The position numbers were made by a program, and so were the translations under genes. 64,000 nt of DNA from Epiperipatus broadwayi (Eukaryota; Animalia; Onychophora): assembly GCA_028023455.1 (NCBI GenBank), contig JAQFVV010000006.1:7626001-7690000 (forward strand), given 5' to 3'. The notes below the pieces were generated by a model, which worked only from the letters and a program-made list of their open reading frames with translations, made no database searches and was not told the origin of the DNA. Below, one piece after another: positions 1 to 12,729 of this stretch (positions within the stretch are counted from its first letter, which is position 1; every line of letters begins with the position of its first letter).

Positions 1-1076
1 CTGGAAATAAAGCAGTTGCTAATACCACCTTTGATTCATTTTTACTATTCAAGCTAACGGCCTCAAAATTTAAAACACCTTAAGGTTTTGAACCCAAGCC
101 AATCTGTTTGAATAGTAATATAGATCTGGATCTAGGTTAGTAGCTACATATTTTAATACCTCCAAATCATTATTAATTGTAGGCATAGTCTCTCATTAAT
201 AAAAGCAAAAGCCAGAAGCCTGTCTGAGGACTAGCATTTAAATGGAACAGCATATCTGGTAATCACTGATTACTTAATCTTACAATAGGTGGCGCTAGAG
301 TAGATAGTTGTTCTTGTTTTATCTTACATTGTGGGAGTTGGAGATTTAAATAATTGACTATTGCTATTGATATTTAATTTGCATAAGTTATTAATTTTTA
401 TTAGATTTTGCTATCAAAAATGAATATGAATCACATGACTTAATTATCATCTCTAGATATAATATGACAAGTTTTTATTATTAAATAGATTTTACTATCA
501 AATCCATCCACCTGACAAAAGTGTCTCCTCTGCTCCTACATTACAACTTGATTTTTATTTGACATGACTAAAAAAATTATCTTCTTTTGTTGTTTTTAAT
601 TAAAAACAATATCTTGCTTTTTTAAAAAACTATTAACCAATACCTTTTTTTTTTTAAAGGCTCTTCTTAAAATAAAACAATTGATTTGTTTAAAAATAAT
701 GCAATGTTTTAGTCTTGGAAAGTCACCAGAAGTTAATTTTTATTATAAAATGGTTAAAAGTGAGAGGAAAAAGGTACTGAGGGTAAACTCTTATAAATGG
801 TTTTTCAATTTATATGTTCTCCTACAAAAAAAAAAAAAAAGGATAAATTACATTAAGTCTAAAATTATTCTTATAAATTTAATGCCTATGGCAAATATTA
901 ACAAGTAAGGTAAAAAAAATCCAAAAAAAAATGATTAATTTAAAAATCAAACTGAAGATGTCACTTTGCACAGAATTGTGAAGACAGGTTGGGGTAAGTA
1001 GATAATAAAGTATAAAAATAGCACCTAACCCAGCTTACACAATACTTTTATGTAGCAAATTGATGTAATGCGATGC

Positions 1077-1253
1077 ACTATGGCTTCTTCTTTATTGGGT
1101 CAGGAACCTCTCGGCCACTATGCCCACAGATACCTGTTAGCCTCCTTACCTTCCCCATCCTAAATTTATTCCCATATTTTTCTCCATCCTGCTCCATCCC
1201 ATTTCTATAATATATTGATATTTCCCTAACTCCACTTCATCTAGGGTAAGTTT
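1077..1253 (-). mobile_element. 3' end fragment of LINE family B (same family as 33960-35530)
   Basis: Reverse complement aligns by eye with 35400-35530 (shared motifs include CTGTTAGCC, TGCCCAGAGA, TCAGGAA and GAAGTCACAGTG). Confidence 0.7.
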
Positions 1254-1924
1254 GAGTAATCAGTCCATGCCAGATAATAATACTAAATAAATCCTTATTT
1301 AGTGCAATCCAGTTCAAAGTTTCTAAATGCTGTAGATTCAGATCCAAAACTCCATAAGCTGGAAACAGTGCTGGATAAAGATTTTATTAAGAACTACTAT
1401 ACTATTTGTACTGATTACTTGAGAATACATTGGATGGCAAAACTGTAAAATGTGCAATAGATTTGCTGAATAGACAATAAGGTACATTGGCCAAATAATG
1501 GTGTATGATCATTATCACTGTTAACACCATTAAAATATCTGGGGGAGATATATATATATAGTCATTATGTTTTAAGTTTGTAGTTTATGAAAAAGCAGCT
1601 ATTTTCAGAATGTTTAAAGCTTAGACACAAAGATATAAGGCCTGGGGTACCATCATATTTTGAATATTTATCAAAATGCATGACCAGTCATTAGATCACA
1701 TAGTCACACTAAGAATATTAACATTGATAAGAGTGTATAATGTTTTGTGAATTGAAATGGAAATCTAAGGGAATAAAAAGGCATGGAACTTATTTTGCAC
1801 ACCTAATTTTGGCAGAGGATATATACTTGTTGTACAAATAATGTTTCAGAGTTGTAGAAAATGTTGCAAGACTAACAGGTAGAAAGTAAGCAAGTAAGAT
1901 TGCTAAAAAGACTAAAATAATGCT

Positions 1925-2560
1925 GTATGGATTTTCTCAAAAGAGGCAAATAAAGATTGATAATCAGGGATTAGAAGTCATCATCTACAAATATGTTAGT
2001 CAGATTATTAATACAGATAGAAAGTAATGGATGAAAATTAAACACAGAATTAAACTTGGATGAAATACTTTTGGCAGAAATAACTTAATATTAAAAGAAC
2101 ACATGCCAATATGTTTGAAAACAAAGATTTTTAATACAGGTGTTTTACCCATTTCTATTTATGGCTCTAAGACATGGACACTTAACATTAGCACATTGCA
2201 GAGATTTCTGTCCAATTATGGAGAGATGTGAGTTAGGAGTAACAGATTGAAAATGAAATACATAGATAGAAAGACACAATTATTACTCACATCATTGAAA
2301 GAATGAAGAGGTGGAAATGGACCTGGGGTTGAACCCACTGCTAAAAGATATGATAATAGATGGACAGGAAAAGTCTTAAAATTAAATCCCAAGAGAATTA
2401 AACTACCTAAAAAAGAGACCAGAACAGAAATGAGATCGATGATTTAAATAAGGGTGTTTGTCAATACGATGTGGAGAAGAGAGGCTATTCATCAGAGAAA
2501 TTGATTGGAACCTGGAGAACCTTCACCTTGCAATGAATCAAAAATGATTGAAAATAGTGA
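1925..2560 (+). mobile_element. Decayed RTE-clade LINE (family A), RT C-terminal region and 3' end
   Basis: Frameshifted translation gives YKY.QII.TD, IKLGW..FGRNNLILKEHMPICLKTKIFNTGVLP.SIYGS.TWTL and RWKWTWG motifs typical of RTE reverse transcriptases. Similar to 8940-9560 and to the reverse complement of 20810-21480. Confidence 0.8.
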
Positions 2561-2865
2561 TAGTTCTACTTTAAGGTCTGTAAAGAAATGTTTGACATGA
2601 AATGGATCAGATTATACAATAATAAATATTGTATCGTTTAATTCAAAAATGCTTCTTTCAACAAGTTTCACCTATCCTCTTTAATGTATAACAATATTTA
2701 GATTTATTATGGGTTGTCAGCATTCACGATAATATACATCCTGCACTGAGGAGAAAAATAAAACTTGACTAAAAGAAGCTTTTTATATTAAATGATAATA
2801 TGTGTTTTTATATAATCTTTTTCACTCTTATTTAATTATTTGTATAAGAAAATAATAAAACTGAT

Positions 2866-3119
2866 TAATAGTTTTAACAAGGCTGTAAACCTTAGCAATG
2901 AGCGTCTGAAAAAATCGTCACTAGGGACCTCTGTAGGTCTTTAAAACACATGCTTACGCTATGAAGAAAAGAGAGAATCCCAGAGAGAATCCCTTCTTTA
3001 CTTCGACCTACTTTTATATATAAATAGGTAAGCATGTGTTTTAAAGACCTACAGAGGTCCCTAGTGACGATTTTTTCAGACGCTCATTGCTAAGGTTTAC
3101 AGCCTTGTTAAAACTATTA
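2866..3119. repeat. Perfect palindrome: 92-bp arms (2866-2957, 3028-3119) with a 70-bp spacer
   Basis: Arms are exact reverse complements by base-by-base reading. Homologous to 28429-28573. Confidence 0.95.
2916..2958 (+). ncRNA. Degenerate hammerhead-like motif (family V)
   Basis: CGTCA-ctagg-GACCT ctgt AGGTC-tttaaaa-CACATG-c-TTACG. The stem I, II and III geometry is hammerhead-like but both core boxes are damaged. The spacer retains ttcgacctac (reverse complement GTAGGTCGAA). Confidence 0.35.
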
Positions 3120-3424
3120 CTGAAATAATAGTGAGCGTTTAATAAAATTTATAATAAAACTGATTGTAAAATACTCTCAGGACTATACTATATAAAAACA
3201 ACCAAGAGCATGCTTGTATAAAATAATTTCAGTTTCTTCTAAATTAAAAGTAGAAATATTAGAATATTTTTTATATTACACATGGTGGAATAAAACCTCT
3301 AATATAGCATACAATGTCCACATTACTTGTTTCCAATTATACCAATACCAACACCATGGTATAATTTTTGCTTCATACCCATCTTTACCACTAACTGCAG
3401 ACTTTAGTAACTAATAGATGCCAG

Positions 3425-3530
3425 AAGGTAATATTTAATAAATGCATATCCAGCATCATTCTATCCAACATCATCAGACTAGTTTATGGTTTTCATTAGT
3501 CAGGAGCTTTAGATCTTGAAACAGTGTGGA
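3425..3530 (-). mobile_element. Degenerate copy of hammerhead repeat family Y
   Basis: Contains GATGCCAGAAGG...CAGACTAGTTT...GGAGCTTTAGATCT, as in 48258-48580 and 49271-49591. Confidence 0.6.
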
Positions 3531-3604
3531 CCATTACAATATGATGCACCTTCTCTCCAGTAGCCACCATCTCTTCTCTTTTTAACTCTCAAGATATCAG
3601 TCCA

Positions 3605-3950
3605 AATTGAGAAATGTACTCAACCTAAACCAATTTCCTATAGAGTCATATAGATCTAAAATCTAGTCAATATCTATAGGTTGGACTGTTCCTTAATTTT
3701 TTTGAACAATTACAGGCATCTTTGGCTAGAATTGGTATAAAACCAATAAATTATTGAGGAGCAAGTTTAGGTCATGTGATAGTCATGCAATAATTTATTG
3801 GTTTTATGCCAATTCTGGTCATAGAATAAAACGGCTTACAGTTCTTCAAAAAATGACAACATAATATACAGATACTGAACTGATTTAAGATCTATATGTC
3901 TATAAAGGCAAATTGACATAGACTGAAAACATTTGTATGTTTTTTAATTT
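3605..3950. repeat. Old imperfect inverted repeat (foldback or MITE-like)
   Basis: Paired blocks ctagaattggtataaaaccaataaattattg / caataatttattggttttatgccaattctgg and catatagatctaaa / ttaagatctatatg, symmetric about ~3775. Confidence 0.7.
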
Positions 3951-4349
3951 GGGGCAACAGTTTGACAGTCAAAAAGTAAGGTAAATAATAGCTGACAGAG
4001 TGTAAGTGCTTTAGACCCTATTGATTTAATGTACATTAAAAATATATAAGGAAGTGACTTGCATATTATCACCCCTATTGTTTATCTACCACTAATCTGC
4101 CTACAGGCCAAGAAATGTATTTACACATATAGATGATAATGATTGTAATAGTAATATAATAATAATAATAATAAACAGCCATTCACAAACATGTACTGGC
4201 ATTCCAATTCAAAAAAAAAAAAAGAAAAAAGTGAAAGGGGTGGGTGGGTGCATAATTTAGAATAGTGTTTTGTGATGACTATACCAAACCAACATGCATG
4301 TCTATTTTTCTGTTTACTTGACATTTTGAGATGGTGTCTTTTAATTTCT

Positions 4350-6450
4350 TCAGCAGAAAACTTTGAAATATTCCAACACCATGCCTAATTGTACCTCTCC
4401 AAAGTATCCTATCCTTTACCATAACTGTTCATTGAAAAAACCGACACTGTTACATCTTTAAAAATGTCTTTGAGATAATCCTTATACTGCAGATAGGGTT
4501 TATCTTGCCCATGAAACCATGCTCAAGATCTCCATAAAATACCCTTTTTAGGAAGTGTTGTTTATTTGTCTAACAACAGTGGAGTCTATAGTATACCATC
4601 CAGCAAATGAAGAATATGGTGATTGGTGTTATAATCTTGCAGTACGTAGTTTTAAAATTTTATGAAGCATCCTTAACTGAAATTTTTCTAACAACTTCAT
4701 ATTGCATTGATAAGGAGTCCAAAAATTTCCCTTCCATGCCATAAATTGAAAATATTTATGCAACTAGATTAGTTGCAGTAATTATTACCATATGATGAAA
4801 TATTCCATTCTTAACTGGTTAAAATCACCAGCAACACATTGGAGTCTGTGATACCCTTTAGGATTTAACTCCACCTTTCTGCTCCTAAAACGACCAACGT
4901 ATTTAAACTGGTTTACATACTCAAGTTGATTATTATCAAAACTAAAGTTGCTGAGGATTTCTTCTATTACTGGCTCATAAAAAAATTTGAAATATTTGAA
5001 CATTAATTAATAAATCAAAGCCATTATATGTTACATTCAAAACATTAAGAATATTCTATAAATTGTCTCACAAAATATAGAAAAATCATCAGCATCTTAT
5101 AAATCCAAAAACCAAGAAGAAGTTCTTGTCACTTTTAATTGATCCAAAAAAATTCCACCAATCTGTATTATGAAAATGATCCCTGATTGATGAATCTGCC
5201 TATAAACAATTCCAAAGACCATAGACTTATGAAAACAATGTTGGGGCTGTACTTATCTGCGTTTAACACCAGTTTTCATTTCAAATGTCTCACATTTTCC
5301 ACCTATAATGTAGCTGTATAATATGAATATATTTTGGTGAACCAACTAATTTCAAACAATGCCATAGATCTGTCCTACTAATTGAAACAAAGGCCTTGAC
5401 TAAATCAATAACAACAATGTATAAAACAATCTTTGTTCCTGACATGTTCCTTGCATATGTCTTGCGAGAAAAACAATATCCACATTGTTTCTTAATTGTC
5501 TAAAATCACACTGAATCTCTGGTAACCCTTCATCTATAACTGCAAGCAATTTTTTTAGCAAAATTCTTGAAAGTAGCTTCCTATAGTGAATAATAACAGT
5601 GATAATTACTACAATCCTGTATACTTTCTTTATTTTTAAAAGTTGGAACAATAAATGCATCCCTAATTACAGGTGGCACAGCTTCATAGGTCCACATATT
5701 CCTAAAAAAAAAAACTAATATTTTTAAAGCTAATATATCACCAGTACATTTAAAAAAATTTCCTATTTTATCAGGACCTGCAACCTTTCCATTTTTATGA
5801 TAATGAGGAATTGTTTTGACTTTTGTCTAAATCTAAATGAATAGATAAAATATGGATAGATGATTAAAAGACATCATTTCATTTCTTGTATCATTTTTCA
5901 AGATGACTAAAATAATTCTTCCACCTATTCAAAAGACACATTGTCATCATATAAGAAAGTGCCGTTTCTGTATTTAATAGAATTGGATACCATTGCTAAG
6001 GTCCGTATGTTGCTCTTAATGCATCAAAAAAAGATCTAAAATGACCATGATAAGCAAATGTCCATATCACCCTTTCAATTTTAATACACCAATCATTTTT
6101 AGGCTTTCTATTGTTGAATTGTTGCCTTCAGATCTTTATATTTATTATAAAGTTCCATAGATAATTTATGATTTTGCCAAGAATAAAATATACGTTTCCT
6201 TTTAACCAAATTATCAATATTATAATCATGGTCAGAAAACCGATTATGATTATCCTTTTTAATGAACCCAAGAATAGATTTACTTGCATCCATAAAATAT
6301 TCCCTGCTCTAATAATAAGACAGACGTGAATATCCAAATTAGCAGTTTTAGTGTTTAATAGCATATGAAATTTAGTAATTTGTATAGTAGATTTTTCCTA
6401 AAAATGAACACAAATTTTCTCATGAATATAATTGCAATATCTCTTTTTTG
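4350..6450 (-). mobile_element. Decayed RTE/BovB-like LINE (family C), endonuclease end plus RT
   Basis: ORF 5400-5660 gives KLLSRILLKKLL..DEGLPEIQCDFRQLRNNVDIVFLARHMQ (RT domain 2), followed by DLVKAF. ORF 4785-5003 gives LEYVNQFKYVG. An SDH motif lies near 6230. Many stops and frameshifts. Confidence 0.8.
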
Positions 6451-6705
6451 TTCATGCAACTATCATTTTAATCTTGGAGCATAGTAATGTTTGACCTGAT
6501 CAACAATCTGAGCTCGTATATTTAACTACAATGTAATCTATTAAATGCCATTGTTTTGAGATTGGATGCATCCATGCTCCTTTATAATGATTAAAAGTCT
6601 TTAAATAGGCTATATCAGGGACAGTAAAAGACAATGCATTACTCTTTCTACTACTTAGCAAAAAATAGATAGACCCCATTTATTATTAGCATAGCTATCA
6701 TGAAG

Positions 6706-6848
6706 CAAACAAAGGTAATGTGTATGGAATCTTGGTCCTAGAGACCTTTTGTCAAACAAAGGTAATATGTATGGAATCTTGGTCCTAGAGACCTTTTATC
6801 AAACGAAGGTAATGTGTATAAAATCTTGGTCTTAGAGACGTTTTGTCA
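6706..6848 (+). repeat. Minisatellite, 3 x 47 bp
   Basis: Unit caaacaaaggtaatgtgtatggaatcttggtcctagagaccttttgt starts at 6706, 6753 and 6800. Confidence 0.95.
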
Positions 6849-7311
6849 GTCATTAAATATATAAAAAAGGCAAATATGTTTACTTCTCAGAATTCATAAG
6901 AAGATTAATAATCAAAAACAATGGAAAGAAATTGTGATACATGAATCTTGAGCACTAGAGTCCGCTACTATACATTGCACTAAACAATGAAAGGCGAATT
7001 AAAGGATACTAATAAATAACCTTTAATTTCGCTTACTAAGTATTTCTAGCATTTATATGATGAAATTTTTGTTATTCCTTTATTATAGATTCAAAAAAGT
7101 ATTAAGATTTGTAATAAATATTTTTATTTTGCTCAGGGGTTCAAATTCCACTGCCATTGGTTAGCTAGGATAAAAAAAAATATGACTCTGTTAAAAAAAT
7201 GTTCAACTTTACTCAGCTTAGATTTGAATTTAAGCAATGGGCATAGCAGGTGAATACATCATTATTTTTCCTTCTAAATCAATCGACTTCAGGGTGAAGG
7301 TCTTTCAATAT

Positions 7312-7990
7312 TTAACCCAATTTTCTTCTATCCCATTCATTGCAACTATTACACTCAACAATTCTCCTAACACAATCATCCCATCTTTTGTACAAGTATA
7401 CAGACAGTAATTCTTTATCCAAATCTTCTACATTCTGTACTACCTCTTTCACCCATCTTGTTTCCTGTCCTTTACTCATAACCCAATTAAATACTATTTT
7501 GGCTATTCTTTTATTATTCATAAATTGCAATCTACTGAACATTTTCATTTTACTTTTTGCATGTCTCATTTAAAAACTTACCATCCCATTTTCCTTGAAT
7601 TGACTCCTTTGCCAACCATTCATCTGCATCTAATGCATGTCTTCCTACTTGTCTTTGTACTTTTTCTAAGTAATCTAACACACCTTTACTAACACACAAC
7701 ACATTGTTATCATAAGTAACCTTGCTACTGCCATTTCCTTCCATACAATTCAACTACATCATATTTATTATATGAAATCACTGTTAATTTCTTTACCAGT
7801 CCCTTTCTTTTTTTCGCTTCATTTATTAATTTTTTTATCCCATCCATCCATGCAATTTCTCTGATTATTTAAGACACTTACCAAATAGTTATATCTATTC
7901 ACCATGTTTAACTTTATATCCCCCAATAAAAATTCTTTCTCTTCTCTTTTCCCAGCATTTATCATCATTACTTTTGATTTTACTTCATGC
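7312..7990 (-). mobile_element. LINE family B fragment (RT C-terminus)
   Basis: ORFs 7550-7753 and 7312-7569 (VLCVSKGVLDYLEKVQRQVGRHAL; RLQFMNNKRIAKIVFNW) are nearly the same as the 34242-35075 translation. Confidence 0.85.
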
Positions 7991-9600
7991 AGAAGGATCC
8001 CATTCAGAGGTATCTAGCTGCAAAAGCATGTACTACAAAAGGTGTGCCTACTGGGAAACAATTCCGATTATTTTTGGGTCCCCCCCCCATATAATCAATG
8101 TCTTAAAAGAAGCCAGAAAAGTAAATGAAAAATTGTAAGCTGTATACCAAATGTTTAAATGGAAAGATGTACTAGATGACTGGAAGAAGGATCCCAGCAA
8201 GAGGTATCTAGCTGCAAAAGCATGTACTACAAAAGGTGTGCCTACTGGGAAACAATTCCAATTATTTTTGGTCCCCCCCCCCCATATAATCAATGTCTTA
8301 AAGGAATCCAGAAAAGTAAATGAAAAATTGTAAGCTGTATACCAAATGTTTAAATGGAAAGATGTACTAGATGATTGGAAGAACAAGGTAGTAATAGTTT
8401 TCTTTAAGAAAGATGGTAAAAAAATACTAGTAATTACAGACCTATCAATTTTCTTTCCGTTATATGCAGAATATTTATCAAGATAACTACCACTTATCTA
8501 TAGTGAACTTTGTATCCTGACTAACTTAAAAAAGCTTGGACTTTAGTTTTATCAAGTATCAAGAGAAATTATAGAAAGGATCAATAAATATAAGTTCCCG
8601 CTATGCTTTGGGAATTATGAAAAAGCATTTGATTCTATAAGCATATCTAAGGTGATTAAAGCATTAGATTGTCAAGATATAAATCTGGGGAATATTGTTT
8701 TATTTTGAAGAATATACCTGGTGATCCTAATAAGATTAATGTTGAGCAGAATGCATAATAGGGTGATTTCATATCTCCAAAATTTTCCCCTGCAGTTTTT
8801 GCAAACGGTATTCTAAGGATTGAAAAAAACCCAAAAAGTAAATGGAAGTTATTGACATCATTTAGATTTTGCTGATACATGGTTATTTTTTCAAATAATG
8901 TTTCAGCGTTTCAGATAAACTGCAAGCATTACCAACTGAAAGTAAGAACATCAAACTAAAGATAAATGCTAAAAAGTCAAGTGATATTCGATGGATTTTC
9001 TTAGGAAAAAGAAAAGACTAACAATCAGTAATTAAATGAAGATAATAGCTACAAATACCTTTGACAGGTTATCAAAACAGACGGAAACAGAATGGATGAA
9101 ATCAATCTTAAAATTAAACTCGGATAAAGAGCTTTTTGTAGAAAGAACCTAGTATTAAAAGAAAATATGGATATGTGTTTGGATCAGAGATACAAACTTA
9201 TCAGAAGAGTCATATTGAGACTTGAGACCACTCAGCAAATGATAGCAAGAACTATATTAGGAGGAATAAAAAAATATTGAAAATGAAATACACAGATGAG
9301 AGAACAAACAAACACCACTGACACAAGTTAAAGAAATAAGGGACTGAAATGAATCTGGATTGGACATGTTGCCAGAAGAGATGATAATAGATGGACTATT
9401 AAAGTTTAAAATTGGATTACAAGAGATTTAAAAAGGCCCAGAGAAAGAAATTGTGTGAGATGGATGGATGAAATAAAGAAGTTTGTTTATAGCATGTGGA
9501 GAAGTGAGGTTAAGAATTGAAAAAAATAGGATTTAACTTGAAAAACTTTAATTCTATTATGGATTGATAATGTTTGAAAATGAATATAATCAATGTTCAC
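7991..9600 (+). mobile_element. Decayed RTE-clade LINE (family A), 5'-truncated, with a 194-bp tandem duplication at its 5' end
   Basis: RT motifs NYRPI (8430s), YEKAFDSI, GDFISPKFSPA and RFC/FAD. The 3' part matches 1925-2560. Duplicated units are 7991-8184 and 8185-8383. Confidence 0.8.
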
Positions 9601-9710
9601 ATATATTAGAATGTATGTAAGCGACATCTTTATTTTAACTTATTTTCTAAAATTTAAAAATTTTTGACTTCGAAGTTTTAACTTTTAAAAACATACATCT
9701 ATCACTACAG

Positions 9711-10495
9711 GAATAATATTTCTGTAGGGTAATTTTCACTACACCACTCTCATGCAAGGTAGGCCTGGTTTCTGTCCAGTTTTAATACTTTGTGGGGGGA
9801 TGTAATTATAAACATATGACTAAAGGCGGGTGAAAAAGATGCATAATTGCCAAGATGCACATTCTGTGCTGAACCAGCACTTATAAGTTGGACAGATCAC
9901 AATCTCTTGCACATACCTCTTATCATTGTTCAGTATATGTAGATAGACAATGGTGAGTGCTGATTCAGCATGAAATATGCATCTGGGGGATTATACATCT
10001 TTTTCACTTGTCTTGGGTCATATGTTTATGATTACATCCTTCCACAAGGTGTTTTATGCTGTTAGAACGTATTCACTACTTTGCATATGAGTGGCGTAGT
10101 GAAAATTACACTACACAAAGTGGATAATCTCTAGTCTAATGAATGACCAATAAATATTATTAATATACTTCCATTTAGTGGTTTGTTTTAATGTCGTGAC
10201 GGTAGTAAGTTGCACACATCAATTAAAGTGTAATAATTGGTTATTTTATATTTATTGATCAATGTTAAAGATATATATGAGAGATTGTGATCTGGGCCAG
10301 AGCTGATGAGTGCTTGGGGATCTTACGTCATTTTCACATTTTTGATCATATGTTTATGATTCCAACCCACCATAAGGTGTTAGGAGGATAGAAACCATAC
10401 CTGACTTTGGTGACAGTGGTGCAATGAAAATTACACTATTCATTAGGTGAATAATCTCTAGTCTAATGAATGACTAACAAATATTACTAATATAC
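9711..10495. mobile_element. Hammerhead repeat family W, locus A: inverted unit (9711-9950) plus two head-to-tail units (~353-bp period)
   Basis: The left arm is the reverse complement of the right-hand units. GAGTGC recurs at ~9955 and ~10308. Same layout as 46389-47257. Confidence 0.8.
9849..9892 (-). ncRNA. Degenerate type I hammerhead motif (family W)
   Basis: Minus strand reads CCAA-cttataa-GTGCTG gtt CAGCAC-agaa-TGTGCA-TC-TTGG. Stems intact, core boxes mutated. Confidence 0.5.
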
Positions 10496-10615
10496 AAATA
10501 TTTGATGGATAGAACATTATTATTATTATTAAAATGTTTAGCTATAGGGGCAGATCCAAAAAACTTTTACACAACCAACCCAATCCTTTATGCATTTTGC
10601 TACATTTTTATAAGT

Positions 10616-10710
10616 ACGAGAGATTAGCACAGCTGCCTAACAAGCAGTTGTCCCGGGTTAACGGGCTCGCTTCCCGACCGATGCTAGGACACATGAAAAA
10701 AAAAAAAAAA
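10616..10710 (+). mobile_element. Short tRNA-derived SINE (family S1)
   Basis: B-box-like GGGCTCGCTTCCC, then GATGCTAGGACACATG and poly-A. Matches the copies at 29355, 31231 and 53510. Confidence 0.75.
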
Positions 10711-11032
10711 ATCAATAATTTAAATATTTCATTATTATTCCTTTCTTTTTTTTTCATATAATTTTTAATTTTTTCCATATAATTATCTTTATTACAAAAA
10801 AAAAAACCAATAAATTATTTTCTTACTTATGTAGTATGCACATATATATATATATATCAATTAATAAAATATTTTAATTCTTTCTCTGCTCTATAAACAG
10901 ATAAAAATAAGAAGGGCTTTCTCAAAATATAATAAGGTGAGCAAAGTTCAATTTTATACTTTCTAAAGGAAAGAAAAAAAAATTCAAAAGCATTTCCAGT
11001 GAACAGATTTTGAATCGGAACGACTACTTTAC

Positions 11033-11151
11033 CTCGACCTTTCAGCCGTGCAATCCAAAAAGACATCACCCACCGTAATGTGAACAAGGCAATCTTTGAA
11101 TAAAGCTTTTAAAAGTATGATGTCAACATTGCAAGCACGAATACAAACACA
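11033..11151 (-). CDS. BLTP2: Internal coding exon, BLTP2/KIAA0100/hobbit-like lipid transfer protein (CVCIRACNVDIILLKALFKDCLVHITVGDVFLDCTAERS)
   Basis: 119-nt open exon with acceptor tttttttttcttttag and donor gtaaagt, phase 0 to 2. Resembles the recalled human KIAA0100 segment [34 protein letters not shown]. Joins the 28827-28968 exon in frame. Confidence 0.7.
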
Positions 11152-11329
11152 CTAAAAGAAAAAAAAAAGCACATATACATCAGAGCATTAAAAAAACAAT
11201 ATTATGCTTTAAAAAAACAACAATATTATGTTATTATAATAAATAATATTCTGACAATTCCTCAGGACGCCAAATGATACTCAGGAACAAAATGGTAATC
11301 GGATTATGGAGGGCATTTGTAACAATAAA

Positions 11330-11510
11330 TCAATTATTAAAATCATCATCACCACCATCATTATCCACTGCAGAATCTCTCTAAGTTTATTCCAGTTTCT
11401 CCAATCGCTAGCCTCTCTTCTCCACATCACACCAGCACATTTCTTCTTTTCATCCACTCATCTCACATGTGGTCTCTTTCTAGGTCTTTTATGATGTCTT
11501 GGAAATTATT
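11330..11510 (-). mobile_element. 3' end fragment of RTE family A
   Basis: Matches 20810-20960 (catttcttctttt/catccactcatctcacatgtggtctcttt). Confidence 0.7.
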
Positions 11511-12729
11511 AAAAGAAGAATATATATATGTAAAAAAATCATCAATTTCACTTCTTTTCATTATTAACATCTAGCAATATATGAAATTATTTAATGGAAA
11601 TAATATCATTTGTGGTGACAGACTCTGAATTCAAACCCCATGAATAAAGCCCATCTCCATCATTTCCAGAGCATACATCTGTCTTCATTCACTTTCAACA
11701 TCTGCACTAGAAGCATACCATCATTATATTCGCATTACCCCAGAACTATCTATGGCAAGCTTCAGTAATCAATAGAAGCAAGATGGTAATGGTATATCCA
11801 CATCTTGAAACTAATGTTCATTTAATATCTATCTTTAATGTGGCACACGATTTGATCTCAGGCATCTAGAAGCCACCTTCATTTATACTATTCAAACTAA
11901 ATAACCTAAGATTCAAAAAAATTCAAAGATTTTGTAATAGCACATTTGAGTGCAAACAAAATGTAGACATATTTAAATGGCATGTGCCCTACATACTTTA
12001 GTACAGTTGTAGAAGGGTGGTTCAAGAACTCAAGGTCCCTGAATCAAAGATCAACTTTGTCACTTCCAGTGCCCAAATATTACATGACTTTTTAAATTTA
12101 CATTTAGCATAAAAGATAGGTATAGCAACCAATTAGAGGGTTACGGGACTTTGCCTGTTTATTTTCATTATGTGCATTAGGAAAAGAAATTCATTCTATT
12201 TACTATTCTCCAAAACCATATATTGTAAACTTAAGCAAATAGAAGAGGCTAAATTATAATGCTACCTCCAATTTTCCTGACTAGTTTCTGGCTATCCTCA
12301 GTATCACTAACCTAAAAACAGACTGATATAACTATGCAAATAAGTTGACTTGTATTCCAAATCTTAGTGTTTTTAATTCTCAAATTATTAATTTGGATAA
12401 GATAAAAGACATAGATATAGCTGCTATATTGAGTGCTAAGACAAATTCTAAATCTTATTAAAGTAGCCTATATCAAAGAATTAATTTATAGGTATACACA
12501 TAGCACTTCCATACTGCAGCCATTGTCTATTAATAATTAAAGTTTACAATAGATGGCTCTGTAGTATAGAGTTATTGCCCTAATGCAGACTAATAAAATT
12601 AGTGCTAGCACTAAGAATGAGTTTCCAATTAAAAATATATAGACAATGTATATCAGACCCTTAACCTTCAACAGCTGCAATGTGGTTTACAAATTTGCAG
12701 ATGAAAAGTGGTATCTAAAACCACTCCTA

